Below, in pieces: positions 38,117 through 47,945 of a stretch of 64,000 nucleotides of DNA. A program made the translations under genes and the position numbers. The DNA comes from Candidatus Poribacteria bacterium (GTDB taxonomy: Bacteria > Poribacteria > WGA-4E > WGA-3G), in the NCBI GenBank assembly GCA_965205015.1, contig OZ242029.1, positions 3,168,001 through 3,232,000 on the forward strand. Direction: 5' to 3'. The notes beneath the pieces are model-generated. The model made no database searches, had not been told where the DNA came from, and was given only the letters and a program-made list of their open reading frames with translations. Numbering within the stretch: position 1 is the stretch's first letter; each line of letters begins with the position of its first letter.

Positions 38117-38722
38117 TTAGGCGTTTGCTATGTAGAGTTCATTGACCCGAGTCCAGTTGATGACGTTTGTCCACGCCTCAACGTAATCTGGACGGCGATT
38201 CTGGTAATTCAAATAATAGGCGTGTTCCCAGACATCGATACCCAGAAGCGGGGTATGTCCCTGCATAATTGGACTGTCCTGATTCGCCGTGGAGTAGATT
38301 TCCAAGCCACTGTCGCCGAGGACGAGCCATGCCCAACCAGAACCGAAGCGTGTGGTTGCGGCAGTAACAAATTGTTCTTTTGCTGCCTCCAGTGATCCGA
38401 AGGTAGAGGTGATCGCAGCTGCGATTTCTCCACCGGGTTCACCCCCATTAGGACCCATGATGGACCAAAAGAGGGAATGATTGGCGTGTCCGCCGCCGTT
38501 GTTGATGACAGCTTGGCGTTTGTCTTCCGGCACCTGATCGAGGTTACCGAGTAGGTCGTGAATATCCATATCGGCGACAGCACCGAGACCCTCTAAAGCG
38601 GTATTGAGGTTGGTGATATAGGCTTGATGGTGTTTGCCGTGATGGATTTCCATCGTTTGGACATCAATATAAGGTTCCAAAGCATCATGCGCGTAAGGCA
38701 ATGCTGGTAATGTATGTGCCAT
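38117..38722 (-). CDS. sodA: Mn/Fe superoxide dismutase (Mn-type signature)
   Basis: [26 protein letters not shown] and DVWEHAYY. Confidence 0.96.
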   Translation of the reverse strand: MAHTLPALPYAHDALEPYIDVQTMEIHHGKHHQAYITNLNTALEGLGAVADMDIHDLLGNLDQVPEDKRQAVINNGGGHANHSLFWSIMGPNGGEPGGEIAAAITSTFGSLEAAKEQFVTAATTRFGSGWAWLVLGDSGLEIYSTANQDSPIMQGHTPLLGIDVWEHAYYLNYQNRRPDYVEAWTNVINWTRVNELYIANA

Positions 38723-38877
38723 TTTTAAAAATAGCCTCCTATTTTATTTTTTCACTTGCGCTTGCGAGTCTGCGCGCTAAGGGACGTGCAAGCAATATGC
38801 TTTAAAAATCAAAAAGAGTATAACAGATTTGGTAGAAGTGTGCAAGTTTTTTCTGAGTGGAAACGAAAAACGGAATG

Positions 38878-41800
38878 TTAATCTTCGGACTGAGGGGTTT
38901 CAGAGATTGCACCGACACGGCAGACCCGCTTGTAACGACAGTAGTTGCAGGGTTCTGTTTTATTTCTCGGGGTGATTGGTGTATCGCCTTCTTCTTCGGA
39001 ATCTACGAATGTTTCAACGCGTGTGATGAGCGGGAAGGTGCCTTGAGATATACTGTCAACGTACTGTTGAACGTAGCCGCTCACGCGCGCGAGTCGATCA
39101 TTGAAGGTTTCATCTTCTAACAACTGACTGTTTCTTGAACTCACCGATTTCCAGGCCTTACCATTGTAATTGCTGTAGGCACCGCCGTTTTCGGATTCTG
39201 TTCCGATACCGAGTTCAACTTTACATTGATCCAATCTGACTTTATAGTAGAGACCTGCTGCAGGCTCTAATCCTGCTTCTGTTTGCCCATTCAGCAATTT
39301 TGCGGCGATTTGGAGGTAAACTGGGAGTTGAAGGCTCCGTCCCTCAAGAATATCGCGCATTCCGATGGTGGAGCTACCCGTTTTATAGTCAATAATATTA
39401 AAGGAGTCAGTGCCGATATCAATGCGGTCGATTTTGCCAGTCATACGCACGTCGCCGATAGCAATGGGTTCAGTGCAGCTAAGTTCCGGATCTCTCGGTT
39501 CACGTTTCTGTCCAAAACTCACCTCAAAATAGCGTGGCAAAACAGGTAAACCGTAGGTTCGTTCTGCTTCGAGCCATTTACGAAGGGCAACACGAAGTTT
39601 CTCTATATCGATTTGCCAAAAGAGATTGTTTTCGCCAATAAACTTCTCCTTCCGGTCGTTGCGCTGTTCCGTAGCTTGATGATTGAGCAATTCATTTAGG
39701 TGCGTTTCTGCGTCTTTAAAGGCTTCCTCGTCACATTGTCCGATAGGCGGTCTTTTTGCGTTGTGGCGGTTGTTGTAAAATTCAAAGATAACATTATGGA
39801 GTAATGCTCCCTTTTCAAGACCGGATAACTCATCTTCCGTTTCGTCCTCTTCAATACGGAACTTCAAAACTGTATTGACAAAATACTGAAATGGACATTT
39901 GGCATAAGTTTCCAGTTCTGTGACGGAATAAGTCCGCTGCCGCCGATTTTCCAAACGCGTCTGGCTTGCTGGAGAAAGCGTTTTCGCCGTTAGAATCCCT
40001 TCATAAGCCAAATGCGCGTGGGTCTTTTCGCGACTTTTTTCTACCTTAACGACGTGGTTTATGAGGGGACGCATGCCTGCGATTTCAGCAGGGAATTCTT
40101 TGGTAGAGGGTTCAGAGGATGTCCATACGTGATCGCCGTACCTACTGAGGAAACCGGTTACACTCCCGCGCGAGGGATTCGGAACCTCCATCTCCTCAAC
40201 AGTGGCAATCGCCTTTAATGGACCGAGAAAAGGGGAGGGGATTAGGTTCGCTTCTCCTTCACGTTTTGGGGTCAGAAGATAGAGTCGTTCCCGAAAAGAC
40301 TTGAGTACCCCATAGAACATGAGCCGATTATTGTAGAGTTGTTCTTCTTCAGTACGGTAGGGATGGTCTGGCAGCAGTGGATCGGGTCGATAATTTGCTG
40401 GAAAACTGCCTTCCACAAAATCACATAAAAAGACGGTATTAAACTCCAAACTTCTCAGTTCACTGAGTTTTGTAACTTTGACGGTTTCTTCTTCGGTCGT
40501 TGCTCTGTTTTGGTAATTCGTATGCTTTGCAATGTGGTGTAATTTCTCGATATACTCATTAAGGGAACACGCTTCGACGCCATCCGATTTTAAAACACTA
40601 CAGAGTTCTTTAACAATCTCCTTGAATCGGCGATACGCCTCAATCTCGCCTTCGACGACCTCTCGGTTTTTTCTGAGCATCGGATTTAGAATACGCTGAA
40701 TGACCCCGCCATCTGTGAGTAGGTCATTGACATACCGCTGAAACTCGTCAGGGTGGAATGGGCGTGTGTGTGAGGCAGGCTCGACCTCAGAGAAATAGGT
40801 ATCGTCTAACGGCACTTGACGCGATGAAAGACGAGAAAATATTGCTTTGACGACTTCTGACCTTGTCAAAGGTAGACTTTTGACAAGTGAGTAGTGGATA
40901 CCGTAAGTCGGAAAAATCTCAGCGATGCGTTGTTCATATTGTTCTATATTGGAACAGGCAACGCAGATATCACTGAACTTACAGTGCTTCTCCGAGACAT
41001 GTTTTTGGATCAGGTGTGCAATCTGTACCACTTCTTCGGAACGATCGGCTGGTTCCAACACTTTAATGTGAGGCACCGCAATTGGGGTTACGCAAGGATT
41101 ATCCGTTTGGAACAGGTTATTGGCGTAGTGTTGATGAAGTTCAGGTTCCCGCTCGTAGTCGGCATCAATATTTACACCTACCGCTTCAAATTGTCTGACG
41201 AGATCAGCGATATTGCTGTAAAGGTTTTCATTTCCTTCAACATAGTCGGTCCGGAACCACATCTCTATTTGAGGTATCTTAGCAATGTGGGTCAAGATTT
41301 GGATGTCAACTTTAGAAAGGAGGGTAAATCCTTCAACAACAACAAGATTGATTCTTGGAAATGCCCCGATTATGAGAGAACCCAAATTAGTAGCGTTAGC
41401 AAGGTACAGACGCTTGCTTTGTTCATCTATCCAACGGTCTTTAAGTTTGGTTTCATAGTCGTTATAAATGCGAACGAAGTCATCCTCGGTTGGATTTTGT
41501 GATTCGCTATTTCCGATATTTAGCGTGTCCTCCCCGTATTCTTTAAGACGGTTAATTGTGTCAGCGATGACGGAGAGCGTGCTATCCGGCACAGCAATGT
41601 TTTGGCTGGGTCGAAATGTGTTATAAGGGTAGGCATCAGGGGTGTCGGATTGGGGATTCGCGGTTTCATGCAGCCAGAGGTTTTGGAGGCCTTGCGAGAT
41701 GTGTTGTCTTGATGGAAGGACTTGGTTGTATAGGCTTTGAATGAAACTTCCGAGTGTATGGACGCGCAAATTAGTAACTGCTCGGTTCGGGTGATAACCG

Positions 41801-41913
41801 ACCAATTCGCGCTGACGTTTCAAACGCGCGGAATCGGTCGGTACAATAATAACGAAGGCGTTTGCTGTATCGTTCTGAATGCGGGTTTTAAGAATATTTT
41901 CTATATCTTGCAT
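38878..41913 (-). CDS. AddB/RexB-like PD-(D/E)XK nuclease with Fe-S staple
   Basis: SVTELETYAKCPFQYF, GKIDRID...IIDYKTG...QLPVY and CNYCRYKRVC; degenerate helicase-like N-terminus. Confidence 0.85.
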   Translation of the reverse strand: MQDIENILKTRIQNDTANAFVIIVPTDSARLKRQRELVGYHPNRAVTNLRVHTLGSFIQSLYNQVLPSRQHISQGLQNLWLHETANPQSDTPDAYPYNTFRPSQNIAVPDSTLSVIADTINRLKEYGEDTLNIGNSESQNPTEDDFVRIYNDYETKLKDRWIDEQSKRLYLANATNLGSLIIGAFPRINLVVVEGFTLLSKVDIQILTHIAKIPQIEMWFRTDYVEGNENLYSNIADLVRQFEAVGVNIDADYEREPELHQHYANNLFQTDNPCVTPIAVPHIKVLEPADRSEEVVQIAHLIQKHVSEKHCKFSDICVACSNIEQYEQRIAEIFPTYGIHYSLVKSLPLTRSEVVKAIFSRLSSRQVPLDDTYFSEVEPASHTRPFHPDEFQRYVNDLLTDGGVIQRILNPMLRKNREVVEGEIEAYRRFKEIVKELCSVLKSDGVEACSLNEYIEKLHHIAKHTNYQNRATTEEETVKVTKLSELRSLEFNTVFLCDFVEGSFPANYRPDPLLPDHPYRTEEEQLYNNRLMFYGVLKSFRERLYLLTPKREGEANLIPSPFLGPLKAIATVEEMEVPNPSRGSVTGFLSRYGDHVWTSSEPSTKEFPAEIAGMRPLINHVVKVEKSREKTHAHLAYEGILTAKTLSPASQTRLENRRQRTYSVTELETYAKCPFQYFVNTVLKFRIEEDETEDELSGLEKGALLHNVIFEFYNNRHNAKRPPIGQCDEEAFKDAETHLNELLNHQATEQRNDRKEKFIGENNLFWQIDIEKLRVALRKWLEAERTYGLPVLPRYFEVSFGQKREPRDPELSCTEPIAIGDVRMTGKIDRIDIGTDSFNIIDYKTGSSTIGMRDILEGRSLQLPVYLQIAAKLLNGQTEAGLEPAAGLYYKVRLDQCKVELGIGTESENGGAYSNYNGKAWKSVSSRNSQLLEDETFNDRLARVSGYVQQYVDSISQGTFPLITRVETFVDSEEEGDTPITPRNKTEPCNYCRYKRVCRVGAISETPQSED

Positions 41914-41973
41914 CTGTTTCGCATCAAGGTGTTTTGCTTGGATATTTTCCAGAAACCCCTCCCACTGTAACGA

Positions 41974-43869
41974 CTACCTGACCTGTGTACCGAGGGGCAT
42001 TTCTGTTTCAAGGGTTGCCAAAACGACAGCGTCACCACTCCCTGCGAGAATCATACCGTGTGATTCAACACCCCGAATTGTCGCCGGTTCTAAATTCGCG
42101 ACGACGATCACCTGTTTACCTACCAGGACGCCAGGTTTATAGTGTTCGGCAATTCCAGCGACCAACTGTCGTTTTTCAGTGCCGAGGTCTACCTGCAATT
42201 TGAGGAGTCGGTCTGCCCCTTCAATCGGTTCGGCACTGAGGATACGCGCCACTCGCAGATCCAATTTTTGGAAATCAGCGAAGGCAACAAGACTTGACGT
42301 TTGCTTTTGCTTTTTCTGTTTGGGTTGTGTGGTTTCTTTCGGCTGCGTCTGTTTCTGTTTTTTGACATCGACGCGGGGGAAGATAGGTTCCCCTCTACTG
42401 ACTGTCAGTCCTACGGGTAAGCGTCCCCACGCTGCGATGGCATCAAATTCCGCTAAACCGATCTGTTTCTGAATCTTCTCAGCCGTATCTGGAACAAAAG
42501 GTGAGATCAGGACAGAGATGAATCGCAGTGCCTCTAAACTATTGTAGAGGATTGTGCCCATTCTCGGTTTCGTCTCAGGTTTCGCGAGCGTCCAGACTTG
42601 CGTTTGTTGGACATACCGATTGATGCGTCTAACAAATTCCCAGATGGTTTCCAATGCCGTGTCAAACGCGAAAGCGTTGATGTGCGCGTCTAACTTCTCT
42701 GCCGTCGTCTGCGCCATCGTCGTAATTTCGTTGTCAAATTCACCAGGAGTCGTGGGTTCCGGAATCCCTTCAAAGTTCTTGTTGACTAAGCCGAGCACAC
42801 GATTGAGCAGGTTACCGAGGTCGTTCGCGAGGTCTGCGTTGTAGCGGGCGTGTAAACGAGCGGGACGGTAATCGCCATCGTTTCCGAAACTAAATTCGCG
42901 TAGGAGGTAATAACGGAACGCATCCAGTCCGTATTTCGCGATGTCTGCATCCAGATCAACGAAAATACCTCGCGTTTTACTCAACGCTTCGCCATCTTTT
43001 GTCAAAAAACCGTGTGCGATGATCTGCTTGGGCAGTGGTAAATCAACAGCCATCAACATTGCGGGCCAGATCAGTGCATGGAAGCGGGTGATGTCCTTCC
43101 CCATCATGTGGATGTCAGCGGGCCAAAAGGTGCGATACTGTTCACTATCGGTTTCATAACCGAGTGCCGTCATGTAGTTCATTAATGCCTCGATCCAGAC
43201 ATAGACGATATGCTCAGGATCGAACGGTAAAGAAATGCCCCACGAGACGGAGGAACGGGATATACTTATATCCTCCAATCCAGACTCGAGGACGTTCAGA
43301 AGTTCATTACGCCGAGCTGTGGGGTAGACAAAGTCTGGATTCTCGCGAAAATGGGCAAGTAAGCGATCTTGGTACTTGGAGAGTCTAAAGAAATAGTTAT
43401 CTTCCTCAAGCCACTCCAGGGGCAATTTATGAATCGGGCAGATCTTTTCGTCTGTCAATTCTTTTTCTGGAACAAACCGCTCGCAGTGAAGGCAGTAGTA
43501 TCCTTCATAAGTCCCTTTGTAGACATCCTCACTGGCGTAGAGGGCGGTGAGGAATTTCTTCGCCCCGCGCTTGTGCATATCGCTCGTTGTCCGCATGAAG
43601 ATGTCGTGCGAGATATTCAGTCGTTTCCAAAATTTGATAAATGTAGGTGCTATTTTATCGCAATAATCTTGTGGGGATAGGCCTGCATCCTGAGCGGCTT
43701 TATGTATCTTTGCGCCGTGTTCATCAACGCCGGTCAAAAAGAACACCTCATCGCCTTTGAGGCGATGATAGCGCGCCAAAGTATCTGCGACAATGGTAGT
43801 ATAACCGTGTCCTGCATGCGGTTCGTCGTTGACGTAGTAGATAGGTGTGGTGATGTAAAATGCGCTCAT
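41974..43869 (-). CDS. metG: Methionine-tRNA ligase with C-terminal tRNA-binding domain
   Basis: FYITTPIYYVN, HAGH, GVDEHG, YVWIEAL, GKDITRFH and ALSKT (KMSKS variant). Confidence 0.97.
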   Translation of the reverse strand: MSAFYITTPIYYVNDEPHAGHGYTTIVADTLARYHRLKGDEVFFLTGVDEHGAKIHKAAQDAGLSPQDYCDKIAPTFIKFWKRLNISHDIFMRTTSDMHKRGAKKFLTALYASEDVYKGTYEGYYCLHCERFVPEKELTDEKICPIHKLPLEWLEEDNYFFRLSKYQDRLLAHFRENPDFVYPTARRNELLNVLESGLEDISISRSSVSWGISLPFDPEHIVYVWIEALMNYMTALGYETDSEQYRTFWPADIHMMGKDITRFHALIWPAMLMAVDLPLPKQIIAHGFLTKDGEALSKTRGIFVDLDADIAKYGLDAFRYYLLREFSFGNDGDYRPARLHARYNADLANDLGNLLNRVLGLVNKNFEGIPEPTTPGEFDNEITTMAQTTAEKLDAHINAFAFDTALETIWEFVRRINRYVQQTQVWTLAKPETKPRMGTILYNSLEALRFISVLISPFVPDTAEKIQKQIGLAEFDAIAAWGRLPVGLTVSRGEPIFPRVDVKKQKQTQPKETTQPKQKKQKQTSSLVAFADFQKLDLRVARILSAEPIEGADRLLKLQVDLGTEKRQLVAGIAEHYKPGVLVGKQVIVVANLEPATIRGVESHGMILAGSGDAVVLATLETEMPLGTQVR

Positions 43870-44174
43870 TGTATTTCCTTTTTCTTTTCGGTACCTGGTT
43901 TTCCTTCTAACGGCACAATGCGGATTCTAAGATCTTTGCCCAGAAATTTAACAATACGAACGAGCATCAAAAAAGCGTTGCCTGGGTATGACGACTCCTC
44001 AAGAGCCTTAATAACGTTTTCCTCTAAACAGACAAACTGGGCAAATTCGGTTCGAGTTCCTCCTGTTGATCTGCGTAAATTAGAGACGATGTGTGCAATC
44101 TCTGGCTTCACCTTTTCTTGTGCCGATTGTGCGAGTGTTGCGGCATTTGTTGTCTGTTTCGGTTGCATCGTCAA
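43866..44174 (-). CDS. XRE/HigA-like HTH protein (paralog of the upstream antitoxin)
   Basis: EIAHIVSNLRR...TRTEFAQFV...VIKALEESSYPG aligns with EIAQAVYDLRQ...THTQFAEKV...VIEDLEESAYEG. Confidence 0.75.
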   Translation of the reverse strand: MTMQPKQTTNAATLAQSAQEKVKPEIAHIVSNLRRSTGGTRTEFAQFVCLEENVIKALEESSYPGNAFLMLVRIVKFLGKDLRIRIVPLEGKPGTEKKKEIQ

Positions 44175-44572
44175 TCTCCTATATGGATTGAAATGGATTC
44201 CTCAGTGTTCCTGTTCGACCGCGCTGCGAGTTCTTGTTCCTGTTCGGGTTCAACATATTTCTCCGGCAACACCGTAATAATGCGAAGTTCAAGGTCTCTG
44301 CCGAGGACCTCAGCGATATGTGCAAGGATCCCAAAAGAATCCCCTTCATAAGCGGATTCTTCAAGGTCTTCAATAACGCTTTCTTGAACCCCAACTTTCT
44401 CAGCAAACTGTGTGTGTGTGAGCGATGTCCATTGCCGTAAATCGTAAACGGCTTGCGCGATTTCCAATTGGATTTCGTCTTCCGCTAACATTGCCATCAT
44501 TTCGGGCCTTCCCTTAATAAAAAGAAGGTCCATAATCTCAATAGCGTCCGTTATTGTTTGTTTTTCAGACAT
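44171..44572 (-). CDS. HigA-like HTH antitoxin
   Basis: TDAIEI...IAQAVYDLR...LTHTQFAEKVG...LE; SD CAGGAG; overlaps the toxin stop. Confidence 0.82.
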   Translation of the reverse strand: MSEKQTITDAIEIMDLLFIKGRPEMMAMLAEDEIQLEIAQAVYDLRQWTSLTHTQFAEKVGVQESVIEDLEESAYEGDSFGILAHIAEVLGRDLELRIITVLPEKYVEPEQEQELAARSNRNTEESISIHIGD

Positions 44573-44945
44573 TGACAATCTCCTGTGTGTGCCTGGACGG
44601 ATTATTCTCAAATTGAGATTTTCGCCTCTGTGCTATCTCTATTTCTCTGGATGGGACAGCCGATGTTTTTTTGATAATTCCATGTGTAATAACAGCAATA
44701 TTTCCACGATAGAAGAAGTAGAATATCCGGTATCTGAGCCTGCCAAACCTCACCCGCAGTTCATGAATTCCATCGATCAAATAGCGTGTATGGGGAAACT
44801 GGAGTCTATCCTCTTCCGATGCTAATCGCCTCATCAATCCCATACATTTTGTTTGGTGCCTTGCTGGTAAACTGTCAAGTCACCGAAGCACTGGAATTCG
44901 CCCGCTTCGTTCGCGATAAAAGACAACTCGCCTTTGTTGTGGGAG
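44565..44945 (-). pseudogene. RelE/HigB (Gp49-like) toxin, probably disrupted
   Basis: Frame reads RVVFYRERSGRIPVLR*LDSLP...GIHELRVRFGRLRYRIFYFF...THGIIKKT. There is an in-frame TGA at 44880-44882 and no start codon before the VFY motif. The residual ORF is 44565-44843. Confidence 0.75.
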
Positions 44946-44971
44946 TGGTGCTTGAGAGAACGTACTATTAG

Positions 44972-45000
44972 ATTTTACCATAGAAATTCCCAGTTGTCAA
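44972..45000 (-). promoter_or_regulatory. Sigma70 promoter of the TA-metG unit
   Basis: Minus strand TTGACA-N17-TAAAAT with TG extension. Confidence 0.75.
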
Positions 45001-45043
45001 CTTTTTCGGCGAGAAGGCATGCTGTCTTGATGGCCGCTATTAC

Positions 45044-46027
45044 CTATTGGAGTAATTTTAAGCACATTACCTCTAAAGCCAAGGTGGCATTCGTGTTTGT
45101 GTTCTCAAGGAGGGATTTGGTATCAAAAATGGTTTGGATGGCTTGTTGTATACGCAGGCGCGAATAGTAGGGAACAATGGCTCGGAGTTCCTCAAGGGAG
45201 TAAATGTGCGTTATCAATTCGCTGGGCGCGCCTTGTTGTAAAAAGAGGAGGTCCCGGTACCATGTAACTAACTCGCCCAAAGTTTCGGGGTTATTTTTAA
45301 AGTCTTCGGCAAGTCTGAAAGCGGCTAATCGATCCGTCTCTCTGAGGATTTCCGGTACTTTTTCGGTGAGGGGATCACCTTTTTCAATCTGCGTGAGTGC
45401 TTTTCCGATGGAGCCTCCCGATGCGATTGCGAGTGCTGTTGCCTGCTTTGGCACGACTGAAAACCTATCCACTAAGATATCTGCTAATTCTTGTGTTGAC
45501 ATCGGATGAAACTGGAGGATTTGGCATCGGGACCGTGTCGTCGGAAGCAGTGCTTGGGCGTTTGCGGTGATTAAAATTAAAACAGATGCCGCGGGGGGTT
45601 CTTCCAGCGTCTTGAGTAGGCAGTTTTCAGCCTCTGGATTCATCCGATCCGCGTCTGTCAAAATGTAGATTTTCCGACTCGCTTCGAGGGGTTCATAGAT
45701 AACCTGCCTTTGCAACTCTCGAATCTGTCCGATTTTCAGGAGACTCCCGTCGGGCCGAATGAACTGTAGGTCAGGATGGTTTCCCGAATCTATCTTTCGA
45801 CAGGCGAGGCATGTGCCGCACACCAGTCCCTTCTCAGTAACGGACGGAGACTCTGGAGGTTGCGATTCTTGTTGACAGAAGATTAATTGCGCGAAATAAC
45901 GGGCGACTGTCTCCTTTCCGACGCCCGCTGGTCCGACGAAAAGATATGCCCCAGCAATACGTCCCGATGCCACGGTTCGCTGGAGTTGCTCGACAATCTG
46001 CTGATGTCCAACGATTGGATTTTGCAT
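45044..46027 (-). CDS. holB: DNA polymerase III delta' subunit
   Basis: AYLFVGPAGVGK, CGTCLAC...HPD, NCLLKTLEEP and TTRSRC; follows tmk. Confidence 0.93.
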   Translation of the reverse strand: MQNPIVGHQQIVEQLQRTVASGRIAGAYLFVGPAGVGKETVARYFAQLIFCQQESQPPESPSVTEKGLVCGTCLACRKIDSGNHPDLQFIRPDGSLLKIGQIRELQRQVIYEPLEASRKIYILTDADRMNPEAENCLLKTLEEPPAASVLILITANAQALLPTTRSRCQILQFHPMSTQELADILVDRFSVVPKQATALAIASGGSIGKALTQIEKGDPLTEKVPEILRETDRLAAFRLAEDFKNNPETLGELVTWYRDLLFLQQGAPSELITHIYSLEELRAIVPYYSRLRIQQAIQTIFDTKSLLENTNTNATLALEVMCLKLLQ

Positions 46028-46117
46028 TTTTCCTCCCAATCGGAGATCGCTCCTACATGGACAGTTAGAAACCTTTAACTGTCAGTTATGTGAACGGACA
46101 CCGTTCAGAAACCTCGC

Positions 46118-46732
46118 TTACCATGAATAATCTTGATATTCGGCTAAGACTGCGGCGTGAATAACATCTGGAGACTGTGTAGCGTCTATCAGTTTGATAC
46201 GATGTGGATTCGCCTTTGCGACAGATAGGTATCCCTCGCGAACCTTGCGATGCGATTCTAACGACTCTCTGTCCAGACGGTCGCGATGGACCCCACCTTG
46301 CTGTTGGCGTGATAGTCCGATCTCTGGGGACAGGTCGAGGATAAAGGTAATGTCAGGGGTCAATCCACCCGTAGCAATGTGATTTAATTGGTGGATAAAC
46401 GCAAGGTCAATGCCGCCGCGATACCCTTGATAAGCCACAGTGGCATCAATAAACCTATCACAGATAACGGTTCGGCGTGCCTGTAACGCCGGACGTATCT
46501 GTTCGTTGACGTGTTGTGCGCGTGCAGCAGCTATCAGCAATAGCTCTGTCATCGGTGTTATACCCTCAGATGTTAGGAAGATGTGGCGAATCTGTTCGGA
46601 AATGTGTGTGCCGCCGGGTTCACGGGTGAGGACGGCATCCGGTCCGAGGGCAGCTGCCAAGCGTTGTGATTGCGTCGTCTTACCCGACCCTTCTATACCT
46701 TCAAATGTAATGAAAATTCCGCGTCGTGCCAT
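46118..46732 (-). CDS. tmk: Thymidylate kinase
   Basis: FITFEGIEGSGKTT, TREPGGT and CDRFIDATVAYQG; start at MARRG. Confidence 0.96.
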   Translation of the reverse strand: MARRGIFITFEGIEGSGKTTQSQRLAAALGPDAVLTREPGGTHISEQIRHIFLTSEGITPMTELLLIAAARAQHVNEQIRPALQARRTVICDRFIDATVAYQGYRGGIDLAFIHQLNHIATGGLTPDITFILDLSPEIGLSRQQQGGVHRDRLDRESLESHRKVREGYLSVAKANPHRIKLIDATQSPDVIHAAVLAEYQDYSW

Positions 46733-46742
46733 ATTTCTCGTG

Positions 46743-47756
46743 TTAAAGAAAAAGAACCCACATTGGGCTTTCCCCGACTGTATAGTTACCAATCGGTGCC
46801 AACGCTCCACTTTCCCGATTGATGCGATAGGTAGCGAGTTTGCCTGACCCTTGACCCCCGACAAAGAGCAGGGTGCCGGTTGCGTCAATATTGAAAACGC
46901 GCGGCGTCGGTTCGGTTAACTGATGCCCGACAACACTGAGTTTCCCACTCTCTGCGTCGATTGCGAATGCTGCGATACTGTCATGTCCTCGATTGGAAAC
47001 ATAGAGAAATGTTCCCTGTGGATCGATGTGAATCTGAGCACAGGTATTATCCGCATCAAAATCCGCGGGAAGTGTAGACAAATCTTCCTGTAAATCCACC
47101 AAGATTCCTGGATGTTCTCCTTCCTCAAGGGTGTATGCGGAGACGCTTGATCCTTGTTCATTTGAGGCATAAAGGATCGGTTTGCTCGGATGAAAGCAGA
47201 CGTGTCGTGGTCCAATGGGAGCACCCGGGTTGAGGTTTCCTACCGGATTTTGTGTGAGTGTGCCTGTTCCCTCATCGAATTGAAACTGATAGATGGCGTT
47301 TCGAGGCACGGTATGCGGCACGAAGGCGAACCGATTTGAGGCATCCGTTTCGATGCAGTGTGCGTGTATATCCGTTTCAACAGTCTGGAGCGGCTCACCT
47401 TGCACGGTCTTATCGTCGCCGATGGTGTGTACCGTAACCTTGCCAGCACCGTAATAGGCGGACAGCAAGAAATTTCCGGTTTTGTCAGTCGCAATATAAC
47501 ACGTGTCCGCGTCCAGCTGTACTGTTCGCAAATGGGTGAGATGTTTTGTCTTTTCATCAATGCGGAAGCTTGCGATTTCTCGACTGGATCGGAGCCCAGC
47601 ATAGAGATAGTTACCACATAGTGAGCGTGCTAACGGACCGGGGGAACCGCTGACACCAATGTTTTCCTGAAATTCAATGTCGCCGCTGGAGACATCCAGT
47701 GTGTAAATGGCGATTCTGTTTTCTCCTGCGATGGAGAGATAAACGTGCGTTTGCAT
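46743..47756 (-). CDS. pgl: 6-phosphogluconolactonase-like lactonase (7-bladed propeller)
   Basis: HAHCI, GPRHVCFHP, LYVSNRGHDSIA and PRVFNID. Confidence 0.85.
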   Translation of the reverse strand: MQTHVYLSIAGENRIAIYTLDVSSGDIEFQENIGVSGSPGPLARSLCGNYLYAGLRSSREIASFRIDEKTKHLTHLRTVQLDADTCYIATDKTGNFLLSAYYGAGKVTVHTIGDDKTVQGEPLQTVETDIHAHCIETDASNRFAFVPHTVPRNAIYQFQFDEGTGTLTQNPVGNLNPGAPIGPRHVCFHPSKPILYASNEQGSSVSAYTLEEGEHPGILVDLQEDLSTLPADFDADNTCAQIHIDPQGTFLYVSNRGHDSIAAFAIDAESGKLSVVGHQLTEPTPRVFNIDATGTLLFVGGQGSGKLATYRINRESGALAPIGNYTVGESPMWVLFL

Positions 47757-47845
47757 ATTTTAATTTTTCCTTGCGGTTCGGTGAGGTGGGTTTGAATCTT
47801 TGATGTTATTTCCCGTATACCCGCCCTCCATTACATTACGGGCTA
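47757..47845 (-). repeat. Dispersed intergenic element, copy 2 (ends at the pgl start)
   Basis: TAATTTTTCCTTGCGGTTCG at 47761-47780; CCATTACATTACGGGCT is shared with 55033-55049. Confidence 0.8.
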
Positions 47846-47945
47846 ATGGTTGCGTATTAAAGGAGGTCCAGACTTCCGTATCCGGTCGCGTCCGAATCAA
47901 GAACCTACGCGTAAGCATAGCGGAGCGCAGTCAAGGGCCCATAGA

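Noticed and set aside
44880-44882. Selenocysteine or TGA=Trp recoding in the toxin
   Set aside because: The position corresponds to Trp rather than Cys, TGA serves as a normal stop in many genes here, and the start codon is also missing.
46733-46888. Extended tmk start
   Set aside because: It overlaps the pgl 3' end; homology begins at MARRGIFITFEG.
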